The notes under the pieces: model-generated | The model's database searches: none | The model's input: only the letters and a program-made list of their open reading frames with translations | Told to the model about the DNA's origin: nothing | IMG/VR virus record: IMGVR_UViG_3300018048_002591 | Location: 1 to 54,017 of that record | DNA length: 54,017 nt | Reading direction: 5' to 3' (one strand) | Source of the DNA: a virus | Taxonomy: Duplodnaviria; Caudoviricetes | Program-made: the position numbers and the translations under genes | Part shown: positions 1-9,461 of the stretch, piece after piece | How the letters are laid out: each line of letters starts with the position of its first letter | Position numbering within the stretch: position 1 is the stretch's first letter

Positions 1-1089
1 AATTCCTATACCTGCTATAGCAGCAGCTTGTATTAAAACATCTTTAAAACCTACATTCTTAGGAAATGCAGCAGCAAATATTCCGTATCCTATACCAAAG
101 ACACCCACAGCCGCACCCATGATAATCAAGTTAAGAGAGCCTCTCCTTACCTTTTTACTCATTACTTTGGTACCTAGTAAAGCAACAGCCCCACCTATAA
201 GTACTAATGATAAAACCATTCCTAGCAAAATTGCAGGCTGTTTAAGGATAAAGTATGTAGTAAGAGCAAATGCAGCCATTCCAATACCAAAGGAAAGAAT
301 AGCATCACCCATTCTATCAACAGATCTAGCACCCTTTCTAATGTTCTGTGAAAACTTTTTATTACCAAGAAGAGAAAAGACACCGCCCATAATAAACAGA
401 GTAGGTATAAGAATAGGTAAGCCTACAAGACCTATTAAGATAAGAGGTGTTGCTAAAGCCAAACCTCCAGCAAACTTTATAATAGCATCTCCCATAGAAT
501 CCAATGCATCAATCCCTTTCTGTACTTTCTTTGTATTGAAGGATTCAAATCTTTCAAATGAGTTAACTACAAAATCCAGGAATTTATTAACAGCTCTTTT
601 AGGAACAATACTCCACACTAACATCGCCTTACCTGTAAGTAAAGCGCCGTATCCTAAATCCTTTAATGCTGAAGCGGCTTTGCCATCAATCTTTCCACTA
701 CTCTTCTTATTAGTAGTCTTATCGCTACCTGTGCTTTTATTATTAGCGTTTTTTGCAAGTATTTCTAAGTTTTTAGAATCTCTATTACCTAAAATTCTAT
801 CTCTTATTGCTTGTCTTATACTATCACCTGCAAATGATCTAGCACCTTCTTCATGCATTATTGCCACACCAAGATGTTGGCCTATTAGTGATCTAATATT
901 TTGTAATACTGATAACTGTTGTTGTGAGACCGAAAGTATAGCAGCAGATGTGGCATCAGCACTACCCGTTGAACCCATACCCTTAACGATAAAATCTTCA
1001 ATTCTTTTAACGCTTTCGCTGGTTTCTTTTGAATAAGCCTCTATCTTAGATAGAGGGCTCATCAAGTCTTTTAAGGTTACTGCTGCCAT
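1..1089 (-). CDS. Probable tape measure protein, N-terminal 363 aa (runs off the window start)
   Basis: Not in the ORF track because it has no stop in the window. Read manually from ATG at 1089: MAAVTLKDLMSPLSKIEAYSKETSESVKRIEDF... It is Ala/Gly/Leu-rich and helical with hydrophobic stretches, and lies directly after tail tube and tail chaperone. Confidence 0.7.
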   Translation of the reverse strand, partial: MAAVTLKDLMSPLSKIEAYSKETSESVKRIEDFIVKGMGSTGSADATSAAILSVSQQQLSVLQNIRSLIGQHLGVAIMHEEGARSFAGDSIRQAIRDRILGNRDSKNLEILAKNANNKSTGSDKTTNKKSSGKIDGKAASALKDLGYGALLTGKAMLVWSIVPKRAVNKFLDFVVNSFERFESFNTKKVQKGIDALDSMGDAIIKFAGGLALATPLILIGLVGLPILIPTLFIMGGVFSLLGNKKFSQNIRKGARSVDRMGDAILSFGIGMAAFALTTYFILKQPAILLGMVLSLVLIGGAVALLGTKVMSKKVRRGSLNLIIMGAAVGVFGIGYGIFAAAFPKNVGFKDVLIQAAAIAGIGI

Positions 1090-1093
1090 ACTA

Positions 1094-1101
1094 TATTTAT
1101 T
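1094..1101 (-). promoter_or_regulatory. Late promoter motif AATAAATA, 4 nt before the ATG
   Basis: Matches the recurring RATAWATA motif found upstream of structural genes. Confidence 0.5.
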
Positions 1102-1405
1102 AGAACTTAGGCATGCTTATTTTCGGCATTGATGGAGTTTTATATGATGACATATTTTTCATCTGTTTTTTCATACCTCCCATATCATATTTATCCCCAT
1201 ACGACGTCTGTTGCTTGCGCTCATCATCGTTACGCTCTTTCATTATGTCATTAAACATTTCAAGAGTGTACTCATATTCATAGAAAGGAAGCAAATCCAG
1301 CTCAGATGGCTGGAGATGCAACTTTTCCAATAATAAGACTCTAACCTTAAAGAAGTTCAGAAGTGATATCTTGAATAATAAAGAGAGCCTTGACACCGCC
1401 GGGAA
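1100..1405 (-). CDS. gp51-like / 'T'-type tail chaperone extension, probably expressed by +1 frameshift from the upstream gene
   Basis: LLNFFKVRVLLLEKLHLQPSELDLLPFYEYEYTLEMFNDIMKERN resembles the small gp51-like ORF of T4-like phages. The conserved-looking part overlaps the end of 1347..2351 in the +1 frame and has no ATG before it. Confidence 0.6.
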   Translation of the reverse strand, partial: FPAVSRLSLLFKISLLNFFKVRVLLLEKLHLQPSELDLLPFYEYEYTLEMFNDIMKERNDDERKQQTSYGDKYDMGGMKKQMKNMSSYKTPSMPKISMPKF

Positions 1406-2351
1406 AGGAAAGCGGAACTGTGACCTCCGCACCACAAGATTCACATGGATAGATAAACTCAGGTTTAACTCCAATTTTCGCTTTTTCCACAAGTCTGTAA
1501 ATGATTGAAAATTTATTAGCATCCCAGCCTTGGAAATTTGTTATTGCAGAAAAGATTTCTTTATCATTGAAACCTCTCCACTCTCTTTGTATATAAGGTA
1601 GTATGGTAAGTGATGACCTATCCCAAGATTTACCTTCTTCTTCACGTTTTCTAATCCATGTTGTAATTGCTCGCATAACACCAATTGTAGGCGGTGCTAA
1701 TGTAAGCTCTCCATGTTTTTTTGTTGGAATAGTAAAACACTTATTCTGATAATCGTAATACTTTTCTAGTAACTCGTCCCCTTCTTGGAATTGAAGATTA
1801 GTAGTTTTAAGCTCTACGGAATCCTGAGATTTACATGCTCCAGTTGGGCATGCCTTTTTACCTACTGGCATCATAAGTTTATTTTCACCGCTCTTAAATG
1901 TTAATTCGCGGATTGCCAAAATTAAAAAGATTCTATCTTCTTCTAAAACATCTCTATATGAACCTCTTTGTGTACCATACATTATCTTAGTACAGTTAAC
2001 AAGAATAGAATTTAACTTTTCATCTACATCTAAAATGTTATCTTCATCCAATGTAGAAAATTCTCTAATTTCACCAACTCTTGCGGCTCTAATATGAATT
2101 TCAAAATCTTCTCTATAGAATTTACCTTTTGATGGGAAGTTACCTAAATCTAATTTTACATAACCTGCTAAAGCTTGAATTCTCTGTATTTCAGGATCGT
2201 CTGGTGATGTAATTCCACTACCCCTGGTGGTATCAACCTTACCCAGTTCAGTAATTACACCATCCTCATTAGTCTTAACAGTGGCTTCAGTATCTTGTAT
2301 ACCTTCAGCTGCTTCAAACTCTTTTTTAATGTTGTCTTCGTGACTACTCAT
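1347..2351 (-). CDS. Baseplate hub / tail assembly chaperone (T4 gp26-like)
   Basis: FPSKGKFY motif, DRIFLILAIRELT, two Cys pairs (CPTGAC, CESC); located between tail tube and tape measure. Confidence 0.7.
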   Translation of the reverse strand: MSSHEDNIKKEFEAAEGIQDTEATVKTNEDGVITELGKVDTTRGSGITSPDDPEIQRIQALAGYVKLDLGNFPSKGKFYREDFEIHIRAARVGEIREFSTLDEDNILDVDEKLNSILVNCTKIMYGTQRGSYRDVLEEDRIFLILAIRELTFKSGENKLMMPVGKKACPTGACKSQDSVELKTTNLQFQEGDELLEKYYDYQNKCFTIPTKKHGELTLAPPTIGVMRAITTWIRKREEEGKSWDRSSLTILPYIQREWRGFNDKEIFSAITNFQGWDANKFSIIYRLVEKAKIGVKPEFIYPCESCGAEVTVPLSFPGGVKALFIIQDITSELL

Positions 2352-2358
2352 AATTTAT

Positions 2359-2826
2359 TTAATTTTTTGTTAATTGTTTTTCTGGTGATGTCTCCTCTAC
2401 TATATGCTCAACAATAAGTTGTCTAACATACCTAGAAACTGGCATCGGTTTTGTTTTTGTTTCCATTGATTTTTGAATGATGATAGTATTAAGGTTATCT
2501 TCATCTTCAGGAGTTAAAAGAACTTGTAATTTTTTTGTAAGTCTTTTCTTTTGTGGAATCATTTCCTGTACGCTTTCGTTGTAACCATATTTAGGATTGT
2601 CAGCTTTGTATTTTTTAATCCAAAACTCTACCCTATCCATAATATGACCTAATGACTCGTCTGTTTCAAATTCTTCAAGAATGGTTTTAGTAAAAGACTT
2701 TGTACCAAAATCCTTCACCGCCCTCTTAATGTATTTTCCAGACCCTAAGTTATTAGGATTGTCATTAACTGAATAACCTACATAAACTTTCCCATCTGTT
2801 TGATTTTCTACTTTAAATATCTTCAT
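2359..2826 (-). CDS. GIY-YIG (Seg-like) nuclease domain fused to a probable C-terminal ribbon-helix-helix domain
   Basis: KIF...YVG, LGSG, E-FWIKKY and GYN motifs of Seg-type GIY-YIG. C-terminus KLQVLLTPEDEDNL...VSRYVRQLI fits the RHH pattern. Confidence 0.7.
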   Translation of the reverse strand: MKIFKVENQTDGKVYVGYSVNDNPNNLGSGKYIKRAVKDFGTKSFTKTILEEFETDESLGHIMDRVEFWIKKYKADNPKYGYNESVQEMIPQKKRLTKKLQVLLTPEDEDNLNTIIIQKSMETKTKPMPVSRYVRQLIVEHIVEETSPEKQLTKN

Positions 2827-2850
2827 GATTTTAGATTATGTATTCTATAT

Positions 2851-2858
2851 TATATATT
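2851..2858 (-). promoter_or_regulatory. Late promoter motif AATATATA
   Basis: Recurring motif, just downstream of the tail tube terminator. Confidence 0.6.
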
Positions 2859-2869
2859 AGAGTAATGAC

Positions 2870-2896
2870 AAAAAAACTGGCCCTAAGGCCAGTTTT
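2870..2896 (-). terminator. Rho-independent terminator after the tail tube gene
   Basis: Minus strand AAAACTGGCC-TTAG-GGCCAGTTTT followed by further T residues. Confidence 0.85.
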
Positions 2897-2914
2897 ATAT
2901 AAGTTTAATTTGAA

Positions 2915-3475
2915 TTAGGTTCCAGCACCAACGTTCTCCTCAACCCAATGATCACAACGATAAGTCATTGTTAAATCAACAGCATCTGGAGTTTCATAAC
3001 TCAATTCATCTACAAAATCAGGTTGTCCTGTTGGGAATACATCTTTACAAGTAATCTTTCTAAAAATATCACCTGCTCTGTTGTACTGTACAATAATCAT
3101 ACTTCCAACATAGTCCTTCTTCAATCCCATTTCGCCAGTCAATGGATCGTAAACTAATTTATACCAGTTACGGAAGGTATTGTAAATGTAGTTTTCGTTT
3201 GCTTCGTTTAAGTTCAAACTGAAGTTAACAGTGAGATCCATGAATGTCTGTCCTGGCATACTTGCAAACGAACGATCAGCAAATTTATATTTCTGACCTA
3301 TTGCATCTACAGAAGGGTTAAGGTTATTTAATCCTCCGATTGTTTTAACCTGTTCCAAGATTAATCCAGTATCATCACCTAGTGGCGTAAACACAGTCAC
3401 CTCAAATAAATTAGGTTGGATAGGTTCATATCTCTGACTGCTAGCCCTTGATTGTGTATAATGTGGTAATGGCAT
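2915..3475 (-). CDS. gp19: Tail tube protein (T4 gp19-like)
   Basis: 186 aa, NLFEV, FRNWYKLVYDPLTG, KKDY, VFPT, YRCDHW motifs; follows the sheath gene. Confidence 0.85.
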   Translation of the reverse strand: MPLPHYTQSRASSQRYEPIQPNLFEVTVFTPLGDDTGLILEQVKTIGGLNNLNPSVDAIGQKYKFADRSFASMPGQTFMDLTVNFSLNLNEANENYIYNTFRNWYKLVYDPLTGEMGLKKDYVGSMIIVQYNRAGDIFRKITCKDVFPTGQPDFVDELSYETPDAVDLTMTYRCDHWVEENVGAGT

Positions 3476-3492
3476 AACTTATCTTATTTTTT

Positions 3493-3500
3493 TATATATT
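3493..3500 (-). promoter_or_regulatory. Late promoter motif AATATATA
   Basis: Recurring motif upstream of the tail tube gene. Confidence 0.65.
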
Positions 3501-3513
3501 CATCTTTCTTTTC

Positions 3514-6500
3514 TTATTGGAAGTTACCTGAGCTTATTGCACCTGTCTTAAGAATTGTAGTTCTTTGGACGAGTATTTCCATTCCTCTTACCGGCTCAAT
3601 ATAAGTATCTAAGATACCAACATTTTGATCAATAACTTCTGGTGTATTATTGGTTTCATCCATAATATTTCTGAAGTCATAAACACCGTCATCATTCTGA
3701 ACAGTTGATAAGAAGTTATCAGCAAGTGTTTTAATTTCCAATCTTGTTTGAGCTGTATTAAATTCAAACAAGTAGTTTTTAAGAATTGCATCAATACCAT
3801 CTTGGATGTAAATTACAACCTCTCTAACGTTAATTGAACTTAATGCAGATTTTGTAGTCTGCTGTGCAGTTTTGTTAGCAAAGATTGTTGGACCAGTTCC
3901 ACTTTGGAATACAATCGGATTCAATCCAAATGGCTCCAAGTATTCTCTGTCCTCTTTTCCAAGATTTAATTCTAAGCCGACAACACCAGTTCCACCAACA
4001 ACACCTCTACGAACACCTGCAACTAATGACCATGGTAAAGCATTTTCATATTTTGCAATAAAGTTATTAGAAATATATGCAGCGGGTGGTACATTGATAT
4101 TCTTCCCAAGATCTCTTACGGTAATGTAAGGATAATAGAATGCTCCCCAACTCGCACCTTGTGTTTGAGATGGTAATGAATATCTTACAGTTGGATTTTT
4201 ACTAAGATCTCCACCAGTAGAAATAAATCTAGATGAAAGAGTTCCAGTAGCATCCAAGAATGTAGGATCAGTATTAGCCTTAAAGTCCTTAGCAGAAGGT
4301 GCATTCAGAATAGCAAATGCATTCTTTCTAGTAGAACAGAGGTTTGTATAGATTGCTTTAGATCCACTTTCAATACCGTTTCCAAAAGTATCAACGACAT
4401 AACGGAAGTTAATAACATCTCTATCAGTTAATGCTTTAAATAGATTAGTTCCGTTAAGAGTACCATTTAATATAGCATTTTGTCTTTGGTTTGATCCATC
4501 AGGAACATGTTTAGTGTTATCTAATTTAAATCCATCTAAAGTGAATACATTTAAGTAATCAACCCATGCATCAATTGGATAGTACAATTCTACCTTTTTA
4601 ACTCCACCTGCAGTAGAAGTTGAAATTTCACTTTGGCAAGTTACTAATAATGCAGTTTTTCCTGCAGGAATTGTGCTGTATTCAGAATTAGTTAATCCTC
4701 CTTGTACAACATTAATTCTTGTTAACCTTGAGTGAGGAACATTAACAGAACCTTCAAAGTGTACTAAGTAATTTCCTACAACTACATCAGCAGCATCAGG
4801 ATTAGCAGCATCAATTAATATTTGATTAGGTCTAAGAGCAGTTTCGGTTAACGAATCAGCCAAGATATCAATTGAAAGGTTATTTGCACCTTTCAGCGTT
4901 TGAATTCCAAAAACATTTGCACCGTATGCAACAGCATCAGAATTTAAGAAAACACCTGCACCATCTAAAGTAAATTCAGCATGAGGCGTTAAGTTATTAA
5001 ATGCATCTTCCTGGTAAGCAAGAACCTGAACAGAAGGTAAGCTATATGCCGGGTCAGATATTGCAACAGTATCAACAGCAGTTGTTGGAGTTCCTACGTG
5101 AATAAACCCATAATCAATAGCATTAAATACTAAGTATGAAGTATATTGAGTTCCACCATCTAAGTATACTGCTTCATCACCATCAGTAAGTGTACCGTTA
5201 GCAAATTGGCTATATAACATAGATCCATAAGAACCGATGATACCTGCAGTTGGATTAGCTAGTGGAAGTTCATCAGCAACGAATCCAAAGTCACTTTCAT
5301 TAATATAGGTATATGTTGCACCAGAAGTAGGGAAGTCAGTATCAGTAACTCCACCAACAGATGATAACAATAATGTAACTGTATTTCCAACAACTTGGTG
5401 AGATATAACAGGAACATATTTTGAAATAACAGAATCAAAGATATAGGTACCTACAACAGTTGAGCTGTTTGCAGTCATATTAGCAAATGAATCAAAAAAT
5501 GAATCACCTGCAGTTCCTTGTACTTGGATTTGAATATCTCCACTAGTAACAGTTGTTGCAGAAATTAGAGTCCCAGTAGATTGTGTAATAACATTAGGTA
5601 CAGTTGCAGCCCTGTTATAACTTAAATCAGAAACAATAGCTCCACTGTATGATAAGAAATTAACATCATCCTGGATTGAAGTAGCTTGAGTATATTCAAG
5701 GTTATGTCCAATCAGATCAATACCACCAGCAACACCGTCAATTAAAAAGTCTCCACTAAAGAGGTCCTCATTAACAGTTATAAATAATCCGGTAGATGCA
5801 GTGTTTGCATTAACAACTTTTTCTACGAAAAGGTTATTTCCAAGTAAATCCACAAAATCAGGAATTAATGATGCAGTATAGGTTGCAATAACATTAACTT
5901 CACTTTCATTAAAGAATTCAGCAATCTTAGTATCAGTTGCATCAGAATCAAATAATCTTCTTTTCAATCCTTGTGTTTTATCAAAGTAAGTTTGGAAGAT
6001 TGGATCAGAATCAAATCTTTCATAAGGTGTTGCAGAACTAAAGTCTCCACCGAAGTTTCCTGCAATTACAAAGATATCAACTAAGAAGTCTGATACCAAA
6101 CTATCTTTATCTAAGAATCCTGGAACATTTGCAGCTCCGTACCATTCTTCAACAGTTACATTAAAACCTGCAGAGTTTGCAGCAGATGCTTTTCTTACAA
6201 TAACAGAAATTGGATTCTGTCCTAAGTTTACCATATCTAAAAGATCATTGGTAGTAGTAGAACTTAATACCTGTCTGTTTGCTCCAACGTTATCTAAGAA
6301 TGCGTCAGAATCTGGATAGAAGAATTTATCTCTGTTATAGAATTTTTGATATTCTCCCATTGCACCTGAATTGTTTTGTACTTCCGGTGTAGATGAAGTA
6401 CCAAACTTAATGTACTCAACTTTATCGTTTGAGTCTAAATTAAGAAGATTAAGAGCCAAGATAGGTCCTCTTTCCAATGCTGCTAAACAGCTTCTGTGGA

Positions 6501-6723
6501 AATAAGAATCTTTTCTCTCTAAGTTTCTATCAATGTCGCCGTATACTTGCTTAAAGAACGCAGTATCTGGTACAAAAACTGGGGTGTTAAACGGTCCAGT
6601 TTTAGAGAAACCGACAATTAACCTTGTCTGATTAGCAGGAATACTAACAACTTGAGACTTATCAAACTCAAATCTGTAAGTACCTGCAGCTTTAATCGAA
6701 GCGATTTTCGGATCTAGTGCCAT
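3514..6723 (-). CDS. gp18: Contractile tail sheath protein (T4 gp18-like), 1069 aa with large insertions
   Basis: N-terminal AGTYRFEFDKS...GPFNTPV; C-terminal PWSLVAGVRRG, NPIV, ALSSINVRE, FEFNTAQTR, DETNNTPEVID, YIEPVR. Confidence 0.92.
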   Translation of the reverse strand: MALDPKIASIKAAGTYRFEFDKSQVVSIPANQTRLIVGFSKTGPFNTPVFVPDTAFFKQVYGDIDRNLERKDSYFHRSCLAALERGPILALNLLNLDSNDKVEYIKFGTSSTPEVQNNSGAMGEYQKFYNRDKFFYPDSDAFLDNVGANRQVLSSTTTNDLLDMVNLGQNPISVIVRKASAANSAGFNVTVEEWYGAANVPGFLDKDSLVSDFLVDIFVIAGNFGGDFSSATPYERFDSDPIFQTYFDKTQGLKRRLFDSDATDTKIAEFFNESEVNVIATYTASLIPDFVDLLGNNLFVEKVVNANTASTGLFITVNEDLFSGDFLIDGVAGGIDLIGHNLEYTQATSIQDDVNFLSYSGAIVSDLSYNRAATVPNVITQSTGTLISATTVTSGDIQIQVQGTAGDSFFDSFANMTANSSTVVGTYIFDSVISKYVPVISHQVVGNTVTLLLSSVGGVTDTDFPTSGATYTYINESDFGFVADELPLANPTAGIIGSYGSMLYSQFANGTLTDGDEAVYLDGGTQYTSYLVFNAIDYGFIHVGTPTTAVDTVAISDPAYSLPSVQVLAYQEDAFNNLTPHAEFTLDGAGVFLNSDAVAYGANVFGIQTLKGANNLSIDILADSLTETALRPNQILIDAANPDAADVVVGNYLVHFEGSVNVPHSRLTRINVVQGGLTNSEYSTIPAGKTALLVTCQSEISTSTAGGVKKVELYYPIDAWVDYLNVFTLDGFKLDNTKHVPDGSNQRQNAILNGTLNGTNLFKALTDRDVINFRYVVDTFGNGIESGSKAIYTNLCSTRKNAFAILNAPSAKDFKANTDPTFLDATGTLSSRFISTGGDLSKNPTVRYSLPSQTQGASWGAFYYPYITVRDLGKNINVPPAAYISNNFIAKYENALPWSLVAGVRRGVVGGTGVVGLELNLGKEDREYLEPFGLNPIVFQSGTGPTIFANKTAQQTTKSALSSINVREVVIYIQDGIDAILKNYLFEFNTAQTRLEIKTLADNFLSTVQNDDGVYDFRNIMDETNNTPEVIDQNVGILDTYIEPVRGMEILVQRTTILKTGAISSGNFQ

Positions 6724-6752
6724 CTTATATTATTTTTTTTATTTGCTTTTTT

Positions 6753-6760
6753 TATATATC
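6753..6760 (-). promoter_or_regulatory. Late promoter motif GATATATA
   Basis: Recurring motif upstream of the sheath gene. Confidence 0.6.
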
Positions 6761-6777
6761 CACTAACACATAACTTT

Positions 6778-8595
6778 TTATACCAGGTCGTAGATATCAT
6801 AGTTAAGATTTCCACCCTTCGCATCTTGTTCAAGTATAGCATCAATTTTATCTTGAACTGACTGCTCTATTACATCATGGATCTCTTCTGCAAAATCTGA
6901 AAAGTCTAATGTAAAGAAGAATTCAGAACTATTTATACATGTCATAATAAGATCATCGTGACCTAATTGACCGGCATAAGAACCGTTAGGCATCTTACCA
7001 AAAGTAGATGCTTCATAGACCGTTTGTTTATCTTTTATGATTATTTTATTTTGTGTTATGTATTTTTTAAAGTTTTGACAAAAGATAGGCTTGTTATCTT
7101 TTTTAACCTTTAGACCGAATTGCTTAGTACGAGCATCTATTCTATGTTTAAATTTAACTACAGCTTCTTCATCAAAATCATTTCTTTGAGGGAAAACCGT
7201 TTCTAACCTTTTTATTAGTTCTCCACCAAACATATTCCATTCAATAATCATTTTTACATTTTCTGAATAAAAGACATCATAAGCTAAGAGGTAAACAGAT
7301 TTTGCAAATTCTTCAATAGTATGTTCGTTACTTCTGAATCTACCTACTTGTCTTATGCGATAGAAGTCAACAAAGCTACCAGGCGATGCAACCTTTTTCC
7401 AATCCTTCTCGTCCATTATTTCAATTTTGAAAATATTAACAATAGAATAATCTCCACCTGTACCCTCTGCAATATCAACTGAAAATACCCAGTAATTTGA
7501 ATCTTCTTGGCATTCTTCTAAATCAAAAGAAGGATCCCAAACTAATCCATCATACTTTACGGACTCTTCATCAAATTCAGGCATTTCTCTATGTACAAAC
7601 TCTACTTGGTTTGTTGTTAGTTTCTTAAGACTATCTGCTCCTAATAAAAGAGACGAGCTTGCAATAAACTGATTACCATATTGTCTATTAAATGCTTCTT
7701 CACTTCCTAAGTTTGCAACCTCTTGGCGCATCCACTTTTCATCTCTACCTGGCACATCCCACCAATCTACTCGAAATGGAGTATATTCACTTAACCCAGA
7801 TTCAGCGGCGGAGTAAATATCATAAAACTTATTAAACCCATTAGGTGTACTTGTAATAATAACCTTTGAGTTTGAAGAAGCGGATACCGTTGGATACACG
7901 TTTTCATAAAATGTTTCTACAAAGTTTTGGGGAATGTGAGCAAACTCATCCATGAATAGTAAATGAATGGTAAAACCAATCGCAGCCTTTTTAGTTGTAG
8001 TTTGACCAATGATACGGCAACCATTATCAAACTTAGAATTAAATACATCCCATTTTAAAACACCTGGCTTCAAAAAGAAAGGTAAATGTTCAAGGATAGT
8101 TTTACCCTTATCAATAATCTCTCTGGTAGTTGCACCCTTATTTGAAAGTACTAATGAATTTTTATCAAAGTTAAATAATGAATACCATGCAATAAAAATT
8201 GAAGAGCATATTGTTTTTCCAACCTGTCTACTTGCTAAACATACATTAAATCTCTCTGCCTGAAACTGTCTTAGCATGTCTTCTTGATATGCTCTAAGCT
8301 CAATAGTCTGTAGACCATGATCTGTCATAACAGTACAGTATGTATTTGCAAAATATACAATGTCAGTTGCACACTTCTTAATCTCCTTTAATTCATGAGG
8401 AGTATAATTAAATACAATGTTTCCTTTTCTTAGGTTAGGATTACCTTCGTAGAATGGTGTTGATGCAGGTTTATACCCTTCTTCAATAGCAAGCATTAAT
8501 TGCTCTACTGCTTCACTAGTCCATGAAAAGGCTTGTTGAGCTTTACTTATATTAAAGTCAAATCCTGCACTAGGTGCTTGTGGTCTCTGTGCCAT
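6778..8595 (-). CDS. gp17: Terminase large subunit (T4 gp17-like)
   Basis: Walker A SRQVGKT, Walker B LLFMDEFAH, ITSTPNG, nuclease VDIAEGTGGDYS and HDDL. Confidence 0.95.
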   Translation of the reverse strand: MAQRPQAPSAGFDFNISKAQQAFSWTSEAVEQLMLAIEEGYKPASTPFYEGNPNLRKGNIVFNYTPHELKEIKKCATDIVYFANTYCTVMTDHGLQTIELRAYQEDMLRQFQAERFNVCLASRQVGKTICSSIFIAWYSLFNFDKNSLVLSNKGATTREIIDKGKTILEHLPFFLKPGVLKWDVFNSKFDNGCRIIGQTTTKKAAIGFTIHLLFMDEFAHIPQNFVETFYENVYPTVSASSNSKVIITSTPNGFNKFYDIYSAAESGLSEYTPFRVDWWDVPGRDEKWMRQEVANLGSEEAFNRQYGNQFIASSSLLLGADSLKKLTTNQVEFVHREMPEFDEESVKYDGLVWDPSFDLEECQEDSNYWVFSVDIAEGTGGDYSIVNIFKIEIMDEKDWKKVASPGSFVDFYRIRQVGRFRSNEHTIEEFAKSVYLLAYDVFYSENVKMIIEWNMFGGELIKRLETVFPQRNDFDEEAVVKFKHRIDARTKQFGLKVKKDNKPIFCQNFKKYITQNKIIIKDKQTVYEASTFGKMPNGSYAGQLGHDDLIMTCINSSEFFFTLDFSDFAEEIHDVIEQSVQDKIDAILEQDAKGGNLNYDIYDLV

Positions 8596-8839
8596 TTTCT
8601 TCTATAACGGCAAGGATATGATTTAAGTGTAAGATTTCTACTTTCTTACCATTTAATGTATATTCAGTACCTTTGCCTATTGTTTTTATTACCGTATCAC
8701 CTTCTTTGACCTGATCATTATCTGAACATAGTACCTTTGCTTTACGGTTATATTTTTCCTCAGGGATAATAATACCACCTGATGTTACAGCTTCTTGTGG
8801 AATTTCTTCTACAAGAATATAATTATTCTTCATCTTCAT
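8570..8839 (-). CDS. groES: GroES/Cpn10-like co-chaperonin
   Basis: YILVE...TSGGIIIP mobile loop, VKEGDTV, ILAVIE; start uncertain (8851, 8839 or 8833). Confidence 0.8.
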   Translation of the reverse strand: MKMKNNYILVEEIPQEAVTSGGIIIPEEKYNRKAKVLCSDNDQVKEGDTVIKTIGKGTEYTLNGKKVEILHLNHILAVIEENGTETTST

Positions 8840-9431
8840 CGCTATCGACATCTTGTATATCTTCTTCGTTAATAGTTTCTTGTAAAGCTCTCATTAAATC
8901 TTTTGTACCTCTTGACTTAAGCCCTTGTGATTTTTGTCTACTATCTCCTTCAGGGCTTCCGTGATAAACATCAATATCACGTGATGTCTTTTTGGCATTT
9001 TCTTCTATAGCTACCATGTACATTGTCTGTGATTTAATTATATCTAGGAGAGTTCTCTGTAAGTCACTAAGTACTTCAAACATTCTAGGGGATACATCGC
9101 CTTCATTAATAGTATCCATAAGAGTAGAAATAGCAATTTCACTATTCTCCATCTGTCTTATTAACATTCCTAATGCATATTCATCAAGCTGAGCTTTAGC
9201 TTGAATGTATTCATGCTCTGCTATGATCTCTTCACTTAAATAAAACTTAAGTAAACTACTCATTACCTTTTTAGCCTTTCCTTTGGCTTTAGTCATCGCA
9301 ACGGCTTGTGTACCTTCTGCTCTAACCTTAGGTAATTCTGGTGTTTCACTTAGTCCAGGTACTTCATCTGGTAAATCGCTAAGTAAATCACCCAAACTAT
9401 CTCTAAACTTATCTTTTGAGTTATCTTCCAT
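8823..9431 (-). CDS. gp16: Terminase small subunit (T4 gp16-like)
   Basis: SPRMFEVLSDL and GTKDLMRAL resemble the gp16 'PRaYEV' and 'GSTxDL' motifs; just upstream of the large subunit. Confidence 0.7.
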   Translation of the reverse strand: MEDNSKDKFRDSLGDLLSDLPDEVPGLSETPELPKVRAEGTQAVAMTKAKGKAKKVMSSLLKFYLSEEIIAEHEYIQAKAQLDEYALGMLIRQMENSEIAISTLMDTINEGDVSPRMFEVLSDLQRTLLDIIKSQTMYMVAIEENAKKTSRDIDVYHGSPEGDSRQKSQGLKSRGTKDLMRALQETINEEDIQDVDSDEDEE

Positions 9432-9448
9432 TAATACTAAATTTGTAT

Positions 9449-9456
9449 TATATATT
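9449..9456 (-). promoter_or_regulatory. Late promoter motif AATATATA
   Basis: Recurring motif upstream of the terminase genes. Confidence 0.6.
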
Positions 9457-9461
9457 CCGAG

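Noticed and set aside
119-1036. 305-aa plus-strand ORF
   Set aside because: Antisense shadow of the minus-strand tape-measure-like frame, which has a proper start, promoter motif and synteny
1406-1522. N-terminal part of the 140-aa ORF 1100..1522
   Set aside because: Lies wholly inside the chaperone gene in another frame and does not look protein-like; only the part after the slip site is kept
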